DNA of 64,000 bases, from the IMG/VR virus record IMGVR_UViG_3300037499_000265, positions 32,001 through 96,000 of that record; one strand, 5' to 3'. Of the stretch, positions 45,843 through 55,879 are shown in pieces. Within the stretch, counting starts at the first letter, position 1. Each line of letters starts with the position of its first letter. This DNA comes from a virus. The notes under the pieces are model-generated. The model worked only from the letters and a program-made list of their open reading frames with translations, searched no databases and was not told the DNA's origin. Made by a program: the position numbers and the translations under genes.

Positions 45843-47891
45843 TCAACTGATGCTCAACGGAATGTCAACGGCGTCGCCACCGAAGACGACGCGAATCTTG
45901 TCGAATGTGATCGGTCCGACTCTGGACACCATATCGTCCATCGATACCGTATCGCGCCCATACGCGAGTGTCATATGAGGCACCCATGGATCGAACTGGG
46001 GTGGGATCTCTGGGGCTGCCACCTCGGCCCTGGCCCGGTGAAGGTCCTCTTCAATGATGCTATGGACCCACGACAGCTCGTTGGTGTCGCCGATGGCGAG
46101 CACCCAGGCGGCGTCATCGCCGGCGTCGGGATTCCACAGGTTTGCCCCGAACACCTTCGCCTCGATCGTCGCCCCGTTGTCCAGATCGGATGAGATCACA
46201 TCTCCAACAGTGGTCTTGACCCTGTTCGCAAGTCCAGCACGCTGTTCTGGCGTCCATGCGTCAGCATCCCCCAGGAAGAACAGAGTCAGGTGCAACTCCT
46301 CAGCAGACTCCCCACCCTCAATCACTAGACGTTCAGTATCTTCGGTGGTCGGCAGCAGGGCGATCATCCCACCGGTAGAAGTTGCCGCCGAGGCCTGCAG
46401 GGCGAACGGTCGCTTGGTGATCGACGCTTTGAGTGTGCTGACACCCCGTCGATGAGCCTTGTCGCCGGTGTACATGCCGGTCATCTGCTTGTGCCGGAGC
46501 TGGCAGTAACCGGCTGCGCGAGGACCCAGATACTTGAACAGCTGACGATAGCACCGGCGCCAATCGCCATGTACACCCCAGCGGATCTTCAACGCGCCCT
46601 TGCCACGGGTCCAGTAGCGACGGAGCCGGATCGCGCCAGGGTGGTACTTGCCGAGCGCCTCGCCCGGTCCGGCCGCGATCAGGCTCGGCTCGCGGTTCAC
46701 GCCGTCCAGAGCGGTCTGGTACAACTCCCGGCGAGCCTTCAGCGCCGCCCAGTCCCGGAAGGTCTCGATGTCGGACACCAACGCCCGGTCCTTACGCCGA
46801 CGGTCAGTCTTGGTGTCGTAGTCCTCGTCTTCATCATCATCATCATCGTCGTCGTCGTCGTCGTCGGTGTGGTACGCCCCGACCATGGCGATGACCTCGC
46901 CGAACGTCCGGTCCATGGCGGCGGTGAAACCGTAGACATCCGGCAGATCGACGAGGCTGTCAGACGCCACCATGGTCGATGGTATGTAAATCGAACCAAA
47001 GTCGATACTGTCGGCCCGCTCGAGCGCGTCTGCGGCGAGAGCCTCGTCCAGAAGGACCAGTCGAGGCCGCTCGAGCAGTTCTGCCGGTTCCCACCCGCCG
47101 GCGGCCCGGATAGACACCTCCGGACCGGGCTCGATACGAAGGACGGACCAGACCGCGGTGTCGTCGATATCGTCCACCGCGGCCGCGACGATCGAAGTCT
47201 CGACGTCATCGGGAAAGGCCGTCACGGTCATCCCGTCCGGCAAGAACATCAACGGGTCGCTGTAGACGAGCAGCAGCTTGTCACCGGATTTGACCGCTGC
47301 GACGATCGCGGCGAGCATCCCCGAATCCGGTTCGACCGCCGGGTACGAACGCAGCACGGCCGCCTCAACGGCCTGCCACTCACGCTGGTCCGGATCCCAT
47401 CGCTCGTACGAAGAGTCCTTGTTCCGGACCAGGTCTGTGACGATGTCCTCGTCCCCGGCCGCGCACAGCCCGAGATACGCGAAGGTATCCGGGTCGTAGG
47501 AGATCGAAGCGAGCAGGCCCTCATTCTCACGCTCGATCTGCTTGCCCAGCGAGGCCCGGAGGGACTCGCTCCACTGCCGGATAAGGTCCCCACCCGCGAG
47601 ACTGGACAGCACGAGGTCCCGGCTCGGATAGCCGCCCTCCCCCGGATTCCAGCCGGGGAGATGCTCGGTCGTCGGAGACACCTCGTCGACCAGGGTTGAC
47701 AGACTCTCGACCTCGGATAGGTCCAGCCCGCTGCCGGAGGCCAGCATCGCCGCGGCGCGCTGATAGGGCTCGGGAACATTGACGTCGTAGGCCTTCGTCC
47801 AGCGCACGCCCTGCAAGACCTCGGCGACGACACCGGCCGGAACCGGATACGTCCGCAGAGACCCTGTGGAGACGGCGATGACCTCAGACAC
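45843..47891 (-). CDS. Multidomain head-morphogenesis protein with C-terminal 2H phosphoesterase domain
   Basis: Two HxT motifs (ELHLTL, PHMTL); internal poly-Asp tract; RLRRYW..G.G..KIRWG domain. Confidence 0.75.
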   Translation of the reverse strand: MSEVIAVSTGSLRTYPVPAGVVAEVLQGVRWTKAYDVNVPEPYQRAAAMLASGSGLDLSEVESLSTLVDEVSPTTEHLPGWNPGEGGYPSRDLVLSSLAGGDLIRQWSESLRASLGKQIERENEGLLASISYDPDTFAYLGLCAAGDEDIVTDLVRNKDSSYERWDPDQREWQAVEAAVLRSYPAVEPDSGMLAAIVAAVKSGDKLLLVYSDPLMFLPDGMTVTAFPDDVETSIVAAAVDDIDDTAVWSVLRIEPGPEVSIRAAGGWEPAELLERPRLVLLDEALAADALERADSIDFGSIYIPSTMVASDSLVDLPDVYGFTAAMDRTFGEVIAMVGAYHTDDDDDDDDDDDEDEDYDTKTDRRRKDRALVSDIETFRDWAALKARRELYQTALDGVNREPSLIAAGPGEALGKYHPGAIRLRRYWTRGKGALKIRWGVHGDWRRCYRQLFKYLGPRAAGYCQLRHKQMTGMYTGDKAHRRGVSTLKASITKRPFALQASAATSTGGMIALLPTTEDTERLVIEGGESAEELHLTLFFLGDADAWTPEQRAGLANRVKTTVGDVISSDLDNGATIEAKVFGANLWNPDAGDDAAWVLAIGDTNELSWVHSIIEEDLHRARAEVAAPEIPPQFDPWVPHMTLAYGRDTVSMDDMVSRVGPITFDKIRVVFGGDAVDIPLSIS
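46826..46868 (-). repeat. (GAC/GAT)n triplet tract encoding poly-Asp
   Basis: tcttcatcatcatcatcatcgtcgtcgtcgtcgtcg on the plus strand. Confidence 0.9.
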
Positions 47892-48363
47892 TCAGCTGAC
47901 CCATCTCCAGGCGCAGCATCTCGGTAGACAGCTGGTCGATGTCCACCACGTCGCCTTCCCCATCGGCCGAGGCTGTCTTGGCCTTCCAGGTGTCCGGCAG
48001 CATGCCAAGAGCACCCAGTGCTCGCGCCCGCTTGATGATGTGCCGACGAACCAGGGACTTGTCCTTGGTGGTGGTGTTCAGCCGGATGATGGCCCGGCGC
48101 AGCGCATCCCGGTCCGGGATCGGGAACGAGCCGTCGGGCAGCGCGATGCCGCCCTTGGCGAAAGTCCGGCGCTGCTCGGCGGAGAAGAACCGACTGGCCG
48201 CGATCAACGACTCGGACAGGTCCCACTCGGCCGGGATCTGGTCCAGCTGACGAAGCGAATCGGCCTTCTTGATCACGTACCATTTGATCGACGGGTCCGA
48301 AGCGGCGGCCTCGATCGCGATCGACAGGTCATCGGTTGTGGCGACAGGTGGAATGAGATTCAT
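47884..48363 (-). CDS. Head-associated protein (DUF6582-like)
   Basis: R...AK.GIALPDGSFPI.D...LRRAI...RHI.KRA.ALG. Confidence 0.65.
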   Translation of the reverse strand: MNLIPPVATTDDLSIAIEAAASDPSIKWYVIKKADSLRQLDQIPAEWDLSESLIAASRFFSAEQRRTFAKGGIALPDGSFPIPDRDALRRAIIRLNTTTKDKSLVRRHIIKRARALGALGMLPDTWKAKTASADGEGDVVDIDQLSTEMLRLEMGQLSV

Positions 48364-48372
48364 GACGACTCC

Positions 48373-50058
48373 CTACGACGTCACTTCAACGGTGTCAACA
48401 TCGCCCAAACCATCGGACTCGGCTTCGGCCGTGGTGATGGCGTCGCCAGGACCGAACGTCGCGTCCTGCGGAGCTGCGTTGGGCCTCAACGGTGCGCCTG
48501 CCGGCGTCGTCTTACCGAAGATCTCCGGCAGCACCTGGTGAAGGATATCGGCCTGCTCCACCGGCTGCAGGTTCTTGCCGACCTGATCGATCACCATCCG
48601 GAACGCGATCTCGGTCTGGGAGGGCGCGTCGGTGTCAGAGTACCCGTGCGCTCGCCGCCAGGCGTCGCCGGAGATCAGGTACTTGTCATAGCCCTCGTTG
48701 GCAGACTCGGCCGCGTCGGTCTTGATGACGATCTCGGTCGGGTCGTACCAGACACACAGTTTTGCCAAGATTTCCGACGGTAGATCCCTGAACTTGGACT
48801 TGATCCGAGCTCGCAGGTAGGCCGAGGACAACGCGTCGCAGAGCATGACGGCCGACGGCTCGATATGGATCTTATAGAGGTCTTCATCGATGACGTTGGC
48901 ATTGGTGTACCTGACCGAGTCCATGCCCGAAATCTTCTCTTTCGGGATGTTCAGGCCGTTGAGGATCCGCTCGAGCACGGTGTCGGCACGCTTGATGAGG
49001 AACTGGTCGGACTCCCGGGCGAACAACTTATGGATGATCTGCTTGCCCAGTTCTCCCGGACCCGAGATCACCAGCGGCACCACCGACGTACCTGCGGTCT
49101 CGTCGGTGACCGGAGTGGTCATCGCGTCGAACAGCTCCTCGACCAGGCTCTCGGTCTCATCCTCGGTCTGGTCCTTGTCCTCGGTGACGGAGTTGCCGGC
49201 CACCGACAGACCGTCCGGAAGGAACAGGATGCCGGCGTTCATCCGGGACCGGGCGATGCCGCGGATCATCTGCTGAAGCGTGCGCAGTTCGCTGCACATC
49301 TCCAGCAGGGCGAGCATGGACGACGTCGGCTCTCTACTGAAACGCGCGTGCCGCTTCCAGATCCGGATCAGGGGGGTGGTCTTCGGCAGTTCCCGCCATG
49401 GCAGACCGTGCGCAGCCCGCGACGTCCTCGCCTCTCGAAGAACGACTACACCGTCACCTTGACGAACAGTGATCTCCGACGTCGAACGGATGCTCCAGCG
49501 GTTGTCGATGAACGCCAGGTAGCACTCGCCGGGCACTGCGGTGTTGATCGTGAACACCCGCAGCAGCTCGGAAATCCCGCCGTAGCCAGACCCCAGTTCA
49601 ACCATGACCTGCTCGGCGTAGTCGAGGACCGCATCGGAGATCCCTTCCGGGATGTCCAAGCCCGCCTTCTCGTCGTAGGCCTCTTCATCCGGTGTCTGGT
49701 CGATCTTCCGCCGGCGCAGCTGGTTGACCGAGGCCGGCGGAGCGTCAGGGTCGATGTTGATCGCGGCATAAAGGCGCAATCGCGACATCACCGAACCAAG
49801 GATCTCGTGGCCGTAGTTGATCTCGCCGACACTGTCGCTATGCTCCCAGGCCTCGTTCTGCCATGCTCGCCACGGAGTGTCAGCGGCCTCAGCGGCCTCT
49901 TCCGGATCGGACAAGTTGATCTTTTTGGCCGACGCGACGATGCCACGAATCGTGTTGGCCGGGGCGGGCTGAGCGACATAACCGCCGACGAGCTCGGCAA
50001 GATCGGTGACACTGGTCTTCCCGTTCGGGACACCCCGGATCATGTCTCGAAGAGCCAC
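48373..50058 (-). CDS. Portal protein
   Basis: WQ.EAW...D.VGEI.Y, VPGECYL, IRIWK.H.R and A.SRM.AGILF. Confidence 0.9.
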   Translation of the reverse strand: MALRDMIRGVPNGKTSVTDLAELVGGYVAQPAPANTIRGIVASAKKINLSDPEEAAEAADTPWRAWQNEAWEHSDSVGEINYGHEILGSVMSRLRLYAAINIDPDAPPASVNQLRRRKIDQTPDEEAYDEKAGLDIPEGISDAVLDYAEQVMVELGSGYGGISELLRVFTINTAVPGECYLAFIDNRWSIRSTSEITVRQGDGVVVLREARTSRAAHGLPWRELPKTTPLIRIWKRHARFSREPTSSMLALLEMCSELRTLQQMIRGIARSRMNAGILFLPDGLSVAGNSVTEDKDQTEDETESLVEELFDAMTTPVTDETAGTSVVPLVISGPGELGKQIIHKLFARESDQFLIKRADTVLERILNGLNIPKEKISGMDSVRYTNANVIDEDLYKIHIEPSAVMLCDALSSAYLRARIKSKFRDLPSEILAKLCVWYDPTEIVIKTDAAESANEGYDKYLISGDAWRRAHGYSDTDAPSQTEIAFRMVIDQVGKNLQPVEQADILHQVLPEIFGKTTPAGAPLRPNAAPQDATFGPGDAITTAEAESDGLGDVDTVEVTS

Positions 50059-50336
50059 CGTTTCGCCCCTTCGCCGAGAAGAATGGTTGCTTCAGATGCC
50101 GCCAGCGTATCTACCAGGACCTTTGGGAGCAATCCGCCCGTCACAACGAGCCCTGCCCAAACCGACAGACACTTCTCGCAGGTCAACAGATAGGTGAGCT
50201 TGTTCTCTTCTGGCGGCCACTTGTCGAAAGCCCACACTCGAGCGTCTTCGAAGATCTCGTCCTTGACGATCAGACGGACGATCCGCTTGGTCGCAAGAGC
50301 TTGTTTGATCACCGGCGCCGCCCTAGACCGGCACAA
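50040..50336 (-). CDS. DUF1360-like small membrane protein
   Basis: LAT.RIVRL...D.I, L.TC..CLSVW. Confidence 0.7.
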   Translation of the reverse strand: MCRSRAAPVIKQALATKRIVRLIVKDEIFEDARVWAFDKWPPEENKLTYLLTCEKCLSVWAGLVVTGGLLPKVLVDTLAASEATILLGEGAKRWLFET

Positions 50337-50997
50337 GTTGAGTCAGCGTGTCACGGGGCCTTTGAGGAACGGATCGGACTAACGTCCCAAACACCATGAA
50401 ACACCGACAGTTAATCGTTAACTGGGGTGGAGCGGACCTATCGCCCGGATACCGCAGCTCTCCTCCGATCGTAACGAACACTCCGTCCAACGGACGTGTC
50501 CGACCCTCGAGCAGCCGGTGCGCTGTCCTTACTCGTTCATCGAGACGAGTACGCCAGGTCTTGGTCGAATAGCCCAGCCGTTCAGCCATGGCCAGCTGTA
50601 CGACAGAACGAACCGTGGTGACCATAGATTCTGCGACGTGACGAAGACGCGTCATCCGTTCGACCGAACCTTGACCAGATAAGAACACTGGGTCGACCCG
50701 GCCAGCTTCTCGAAACACTTCGAGACCAGTTGCGGCAGCCATCGCGGCGATCTGATCACGTTCGGCCAGACTCAGCGGCTCGCCCGGCGCGTAACGCTCG
50801 GTCAGGTCGATGACAGTGTTGACGAAACCGGCGATCGAAGAACGAAAGACGAGGATGAGGATGGCGTCGTCTTCGTCTTCTGGTTCGTCCTCACTCCGCG
50901 CAGCGAGGTAAGTCGTCATGAGGATGATCAAAGCGTTCTCAGCGTCGTCGGAAGCACGTTCGAGATCTCGAGCGAAGACTTCCGGTTGCGTTGGCAT
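50323..50997 (-). CDS. MuF-like head morphogenesis protein
   Basis: K.W.TRLD.RVR..H..L.G, LRYPGD...INCRC. Confidence 0.85.
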   Translation of the reverse strand: MPTQPEVFARDLERASDDAENALIILMTTYLAARSEDEPEDEDDAILILVFRSSIAGFVNTVIDLTERYAPGEPLSLAERDQIAAMAAATGLEVFREAGRVDPVFLSGQGSVERMTRLRHVAESMVTTVRSVVQLAMAERLGYSTKTWRTRLDERVRTAHRLLEGRTRPLDGVFVTIGGELRYPGDRSAPPQLTINCRCFMVFGTLVRSVPQRPRDTLTQLVPV

Positions 50998-51035
50998 GAC
51001 ACCACTGTAGGCGATCAGGTCATTGGAGTCGTCTG

Positions 51036-51064
51036 TAGACACTTGGATGAGAGTCTGATACTGT
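51036..51064 (+). promoter_or_regulatory. Promoter for the glycosyltransferase cluster
   Basis: TAGACA-17 nt-TACTGT with TG extension. Confidence 0.65.
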
Positions 51065-51165
51065 AGGAGTTGTCCACCTCGATCAGAACGGCTCCGACAT
51101 CCATGGAGGGCGCATCGAGGTGGAACCAAGATGCGGCTGTATCAGGAAACAGCTAGGCTGTCATC

Positions 51166-51834
51166 GTGACCTTCGACGCCTCAGACATCACGATCGCCGT
51201 CCTCACCGGACGCCGGCCCGAACTCCTACGACGAACCCTCAACGCTCTACCAGACTGGCTCTGGACTAGCGCACACACCGTCGTACTCCACAACTCTGGA
51301 GATGGCGAGACCACCGAGGTGTTGGATGACTACAAGATCGACCTGAAATACACCAATCTGGACGGTCTGTGGTCGATCGGGCGAGCATCGTCGCACATCT
51401 TCCAGATCGCCCAAGCCGAGGCACGGCCGTTCACGATGTACGTCCAGGACGACTGGAAGTGCAAAGATCAATCTTCCGAGTGGTTGATCACGGCACTACA
51501 GATCCTCGACGACGACCCACACGTCGGAGCGGTCCGGCTTCGTCGCACAGACGAACGAACCATGGTCAACAGTATGGCTCGAGGAAAGACCGTCACCTGG
51601 TCGCAGCACGAGGGGTTCCGAGTCTCACGTCAAGCAGTGTGGTGCCTGAACCCATTCCTCATGCGTACCCACGAACTGATCTTCCCGATCGAGGACGAAA
51701 GAGACGGCATGCGAAAGTTCAACGACTGGGGTCAGTCTGTGGCCCAGCTCACGCCCGGCGTGTTCGCACACATCGGGTACGGGGGAAAGAGCCTGCGTCA
51801 GAAGGTGGCGAATGATCGACTACTCCGTCCTTGA
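51166..51834 (+). CDS. GT-A fold glycosyltransferase (GT2-like)
   Basis: IAVLT.RRPELL..TL, YVQDDW and VGAVRL. Confidence 0.75.
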   Translation: MTFDASDITIAVLTGRRPELLRRTLNALPDWLWTSAHTVVLHNSGDGETTEVLDDYKIDLKYTNLDGLWSIGRASSHIFQIAQAEARPFTMYVQDDWKCKDQSSEWLITALQILDDDPHVGAVRLRRTDERTMVNSMARGKTVTWSQHEGFRVSRQAVWCLNPFLMRTHELIFPIEDERDGMRKFNDWGQSVAQLTPGVFAHIGYGGKSLRQKVANDRLLRP

Positions 51835-52444
51835 GATCCCACGGCAGATACATCGCATCTGGCTCGACGAGCCCATGCCGAAGATGTTCAGCGTCTACCT
51901 GAATGCCTGGCAGGTCCTGCACCCAGGATGGTGGATCCAGGACTGGATGACCTCTCGGTCACTGCCACCGCTGCACAACCAGGACTTGTTCAACCGGGCG
52001 TCGGAGTTCTACCCGAACGACTGGAAGAGGTTCCAGGCCGACATCGTCCGGCTCGAACTGCTTTGGCACTACGGCGGCGTCTACGCTGACACCGATATCG
52101 AGCCGTTCCGCAACCTCGGCCCGCTGCTTGACGAGCGAGTCTGCCTGGTCGGCCGGTCTCCACAGGTCTGGCGCGGCGTGCACTCGATCACCAATGCCTT
52201 CATGGCCACAGTCCCCAGGCATCCGTTCATCGAGGCCACCATCGAGCGTCTTCCCGAGTCTGTTCGCAGGCGTCGAGGACACCCACTGGCGCGATCCGCA
52301 GGACCGTGGCACCTGAACCGTGTCTACGACTCAGGTAGCTGGCCGGACGTCACTGTCCTAGAACCGGATGAACTCTATGATGGAACCTATTTCCGGCATT
52401 ACTGGAACAACAAGCTACGCAAGCAGGGACGGGGTCTCGGATGA
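51812..52444 (+). CDS. Glycosyltransferase, GT32/DXD-type
   Basis: IPRQIHRIW, ADIVRLELL..YGGVY.DTD, NAFMA..P.HP and GP..L. Confidence 0.9.
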   Translation: MIDYSVLEIPRQIHRIWLDEPMPKMFSVYLNAWQVLHPGWWIQDWMTSRSLPPLHNQDLFNRASEFYPNDWKRFQADIVRLELLWHYGGVYADTDIEPFRNLGPLLDERVCLVGRSPQVWRGVHSITNAFMATVPRHPFIEATIERLPESVRRRRGHPLARSAGPWHLNRVYDSGSWPDVTVLEPDELYDGTYFRHYWNNKLRKQGRGLG

Positions 52445-53367
52445 ACTACCAGGGTACGTGGGAAGACGGGACACTCATTCAGCGAGGAGAACGAGACTGT
52501 GCCGACCGCTATAAGGCGATTCGAGCGATAGCCGCAACACTCCCGATCCCGTTCAACGTTCTTGATCTCGGCGCGAACCTCGGCTACTTCTCGGTCCGGC
52601 TGAGCGAAACCTTCGACTGTGACGTCACCGCAGTCGACGACCTCGAAAGACTGCGAGATGTCGAATCCAGTCATATCCGAGTGATCAGCCAGCGGGTCGA
52701 TGCGACCTGGCTCGCTCGGCAGAAACGTCACGACCTCGCCCTCGCGCTGTCGGTGCTGCACCACATGACCGACTGGCGCGAGGTGTTGACCGAGCTCACT
52801 GCTTGTCGTCACGCTTCGATCATCGAGGTTCCGCACCCGGACGAGAGCTGGTTTCGCAGCGCCGCAGCCCGATACGACGTGACCAAGATCTACCAGGCCG
52901 TCCATGACGTCGCATCGAAGCAACTCGGAGAGTTCGAACGCGTCGGACGGGATCGCCGAACATACCTGCGACCGATGTTCCTGGTGCCAGGTCGGGTTCG
53001 GACCCACGTCGGCGTCGTGTTCACCGGGTCGGGCGCCAACTCACGCTGGATGCATCGATATGGCAACAGACTGCCCGAACAGCTCGGCTACGAACCCTAC
53101 TGGGGGTCGCTGAACATCCGGCTGCCGGAAGTCCCTGACCTCGGTCCGCCAGCGATCGACTACCTCGGTCGGCGTGGAGAACGGACTCGGGACTACCAAT
53201 TCTGGCGAGCCTGGATCCGGGACGTCCCCTGCCACGTCATGGTCCCCGGCAACCGCAGTCACGGTCCAGACTGTCTAGAAATAGTCGCTCCGATCCGACT
53301 TCGCGACCGCTACGATCTTGCCGACGGACAGACTCTCCCCGTCGATGTCGAGGTGAACACGCCATGA
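52441..53367 (+). CDS. Fusion: SAM methyltransferase plus CTP-dependent riboflavin-kinase-like domain
   Basis: VLDLGANLGYFS; then GVVFTGSG....LGYEPYWGSLN...H..D.LEIVAP.RLRD...L.DG. Confidence 0.75.
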   Translation: MNYQGTWEDGTLIQRGERDCADRYKAIRAIAATLPIPFNVLDLGANLGYFSVRLSETFDCDVTAVDDLERLRDVESSHIRVISQRVDATWLARQKRHDLALALSVLHHMTDWREVLTELTACRHASIIEVPHPDESWFRSAAARYDVTKIYQAVHDVASKQLGEFERVGRDRRTYLRPMFLVPGRVRTHVGVVFTGSGANSRWMHRYGNRLPEQLGYEPYWGSLNIRLPEVPDLGPPAIDYLGRRGERTRDYQFWRAWIRDVPCHVMVPGNRSHGPDCLEIVAPIRLRDRYDLADGQTLPVDVEVNTP

Positions 53368-54065
53368 TCGTCCTGAGCATCCAGGCTCATGGAACAACCC
53401 TCCAGCTGAACGACACCGGAGGGAAGATCGCCCGCTGTTACCGGCGAGGATACCCCTACGAGAGATTCTTGCTGGAACATATCTATGACCGACGTCACAC
53501 GCTGGCGGGGACGGCCCTTGATGTCGGAGCCAACATCGGCAATCACGCTCTTTGGTTCGCCGGCGTGTGCGGGTTCGATGTGGTCGCCTACGAGCCGCTT
53601 CACCATCAGATCCTTCGAGAACACGCCGAGCTGAACCAACTCGCTCACAAGATCGTCATCGAACCGGTAGCGCTCGGAGATCACAACAACACCGCAGTAC
53701 ACATCGGCAAAGGCCGACTCGCGGACACTGATCAAGATGTCCCGATCAACGACCAGCCAGACGTGGCGAGTGGTAAGTGGCTGAGAACCGGCGCACGAGT
53801 GCCTGTTCGCCGACTCGATGATTACAATCTTGAACACGTATCTCTGATCAAGATCGATGTCGAAGGCATGGAACCGGCTGTCCTGCGCGGAGGAGAGAAG
53901 ATGATCAGGAGAGACAGGCCTGTGATCTTTGCTGAAGAATGGGACAAAGACCCGAGTTGGCATCAGGGGATCGCACAGGTGCTAGAACCGTGGGGTTACA
54001 CGATGACAAAGATCTTCAAAGGGAAAGAGTCGCCCACGCCAGTTGGACGTTGGGAACACGAATAA
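53364..54065 (+). CDS. FkbM family methyltransferase
   Basis: LDVGANIGNH, AYEP, RLDD and LIKIDVEGME..VL.G. Confidence 0.92.
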   Translation: MIVLSIQAHGTTLQLNDTGGKIARCYRRGYPYERFLLEHIYDRRHTLAGTALDVGANIGNHALWFAGVCGFDVVAYEPLHHQILREHAELNQLAHKIVIEPVALGDHNNTAVHIGKGRLADTDQDVPINDQPDVASGKWLRTGARVPVRRLDDYNLEHVSLIKIDVEGMEPAVLRGGEKMIRRDRPVIFAEEWDKDPSWHQGIAQVLEPWGYTMTKIFKGKESPTPVGRWEHE

Positions 54066-54085
54066 TGCCTTGAAAGGGGTAAATC

Positions 54086-54376
54086 ATGCAAAACACATTT
54101 TTCGGTGTAAAAGTTACGCTTCCGTTCGATGATTCCGACCTTCTCATTGAATCAGCAGATTTTGATCGACTCGTCCTTCTCACTCGGATGACTGACACAA
54201 TCTTGATCAATTTCCACGAGTTTGTTGTACCTTCCGGCGACTTCGCTCAATTGGATCCAGCTTCAAGCAGTCAGCAGGTGTCTTTCGTCCTACCTGCCGG
54301 ACAGGAGTTCTGGGCTGGTCACACTCAGGACGGCCAGGCAGTGACTTTGTCACTCCTTGTAACCAAAGTTCCATGA
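54086..54376 (+). CDS. Hypothetical protein, visibly AT-richer
   Basis: GAAAGGGG RBS; 96 aa. Confidence 0.5.
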   Translation: MQNTFFGVKVTLPFDDSDLLIESADFDRLVLLTRMTDTILINFHEFVVPSGDFAQLDPASSSQQVSFVLPAGQEFWAGHTQDGQAVTLSLLVTKVP

Positions 54377-54380
54377 ATCT

Positions 54381-55091
54381 GTGGAACCGTTGATCGTCGC
54401 TGGCAGCCAGTGGTCCAGCACCACGTCCCTATCCACCGTCATCATGGCCCACCGTCTCCGAGAGACGTTTGTCGACGAGCTGCTGCTCGACGTCCCACAA
54501 GTCGCCGAGGTGATCTGGGACCAACGCGACAACCGGTGGGACACCGGGTCGCGTGCCATGCTCGCCGGCCTCGATCATGGCTGCGACTATCACATGGTGA
54601 TCCAGGACGATGCCGTCGTCTGTCGCGATCTCGTCCCCGGCGTGCGACACATGCTCGACCGACTCAGCGAACGGACTGAACCCCCAACCCCACTGTGTCT
54701 CTATCTTGGGCACAAGTATCGCGAGACAGATCAGTTCGGCGAGAACGTGTCCTGGGTCCGCACCACGCTCGGTTCTGGCGTCGCCGTCGTCATGCCGACT
54801 GAATTCATCGCAGAAGCCGTCGCCTTCGGCAACCTACGCACCCACATCGACAACTACGACGTCCGTCTCAGTGGCTGGCTGTGCCATCGCGGCATCGACG
54901 TCTGGCACTCGTGGCCGTCGCTGGTGGACCATCGGAACTCACCATCATTGGTTCCCAAACGAGGCATGCGCAGCCGATACGCCCGCAACTTCATCGGCAA
55001 GGAAGTATCGGCGCTCGACTTCGATCCGACCGGATCCGTTGCCGAACTTTCCGACCGCGTCTTCCATTCCTCGATCCGTCGGAGCCCTTGA
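54381..55091 (+). CDS. Glycosyltransferase-like protein (GT-A)
   Basis: MAHRLR, HMVIQDDA, D.RL..W and PSLVDH. Confidence 0.7.
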   Translation: MEPLIVAGSQWSSTTSLSTVIMAHRLRETFVDELLLDVPQVAEVIWDQRDNRWDTGSRAMLAGLDHGCDYHMVIQDDAVVCRDLVPGVRHMLDRLSERTEPPTPLCLYLGHKYRETDQFGENVSWVRTTLGSGVAVVMPTEFIAEAVAFGNLRTHIDNYDVRLSGWLCHRGIDVWHSWPSLVDHRNSPSLVPKRGMRSRYARNFIGKEVSALDFDPTGSVAELSDRVFHSSIRRSP

Positions 55092-55879
55092 TGACAATTC
55101 TCGTCGTGATACCGACCTACCGGACCCCACAGCCCATGCTGGACCGCTGCGTCGACTCGCTGCTGAACCAGACGTTCACCGACATCTGCCTGTTGGTGCT
55201 CGGCGATGGCGAGCAGCCTGTCCTCAACGTCACAGATCCACGCGTCATCGTTCACACGCTGACCGAGAACCGAGGCCGCTACTTCGCCGATGCGGTGGCC
55301 CAGCGAGCCACCCCGTTCGAGTGGTACGCCCCACACGACGCCGACGACTGGTCCGAACGCGACCGACTGGACGATCTGTGGCAGTACCGAAAGACCGGGG
55401 TCGTCTGGTCCGACCATATCAACCACACCGCCAGCGGCTCGGTCGTCAACCGGGCGGTCTTCCCGCGAGCACTCAAGCCCGTCGGACCGTTCCAGAAGAG
55501 GCAGGGCTGCCACCTCGGGCTCTATCGGATCGACCGGTTGCGCGCCACCGGGATGTACCACCCTGACTTCCGGGTGCACTACGACTCGATGCATAACTCA
55601 CTGGTCAAGATGACCGGACCAGTCGCCGTCAGTCCGCGAGCGCTCTACCATCGGGTCAAGTGGGCCGGCTCGCTCACCAAGGCTCCAAAGACCAGACTGT
55701 CAGGCCCCTACCGCCGGGCAGCCGCCGAGCAGTGTCGTCCGATCTACAGTGCGTCCTATGCGGCCTACAAGGACAACGAGCCAGAGAAGATCGCCGGAAT
55801 CGTGACCGCCAGCATCGACTCACGAACGCTCGAGGCCGTCGAGTTCGAGGTCGAACGACTGCGCAAGGAACTGTCATGA
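55091..55879 (+). CDS. GT2 family glycosyltransferase
   Basis: VVIPTY, CVDSLLNQT, N.GRY, HDADD and G.Y.PDFRV.YD. Confidence 0.88.
   Translation: MTILVVIPTYRTPQPMLDRCVDSLLNQTFTDICLLVLGDGEQPVLNVTDPRVIVHTLTENRGRYFADAVAQRATPFEWYAPHDADDWSERDRLDDLWQYRKTGVVWSDHINHTASGSVVNRAVFPRALKPVGPFQKRQGCHLGLYRIDRLRATGMYHPDFRVHYDSMHNSLVKMTGPVAVSPRALYHRVKWAGSLTKAPKTRLSGPYRRAAAEQCRPIYSASYAAYKDNEPEKIAGIVTASIDSRTLEAVEFEVERLRKELS

Noticed and set aside
46826-46868. Phase-variable microsatellite
   Set aside because: A mixed GAC/GAT triplet tract; slippage would only change poly-Asp length, not the frame
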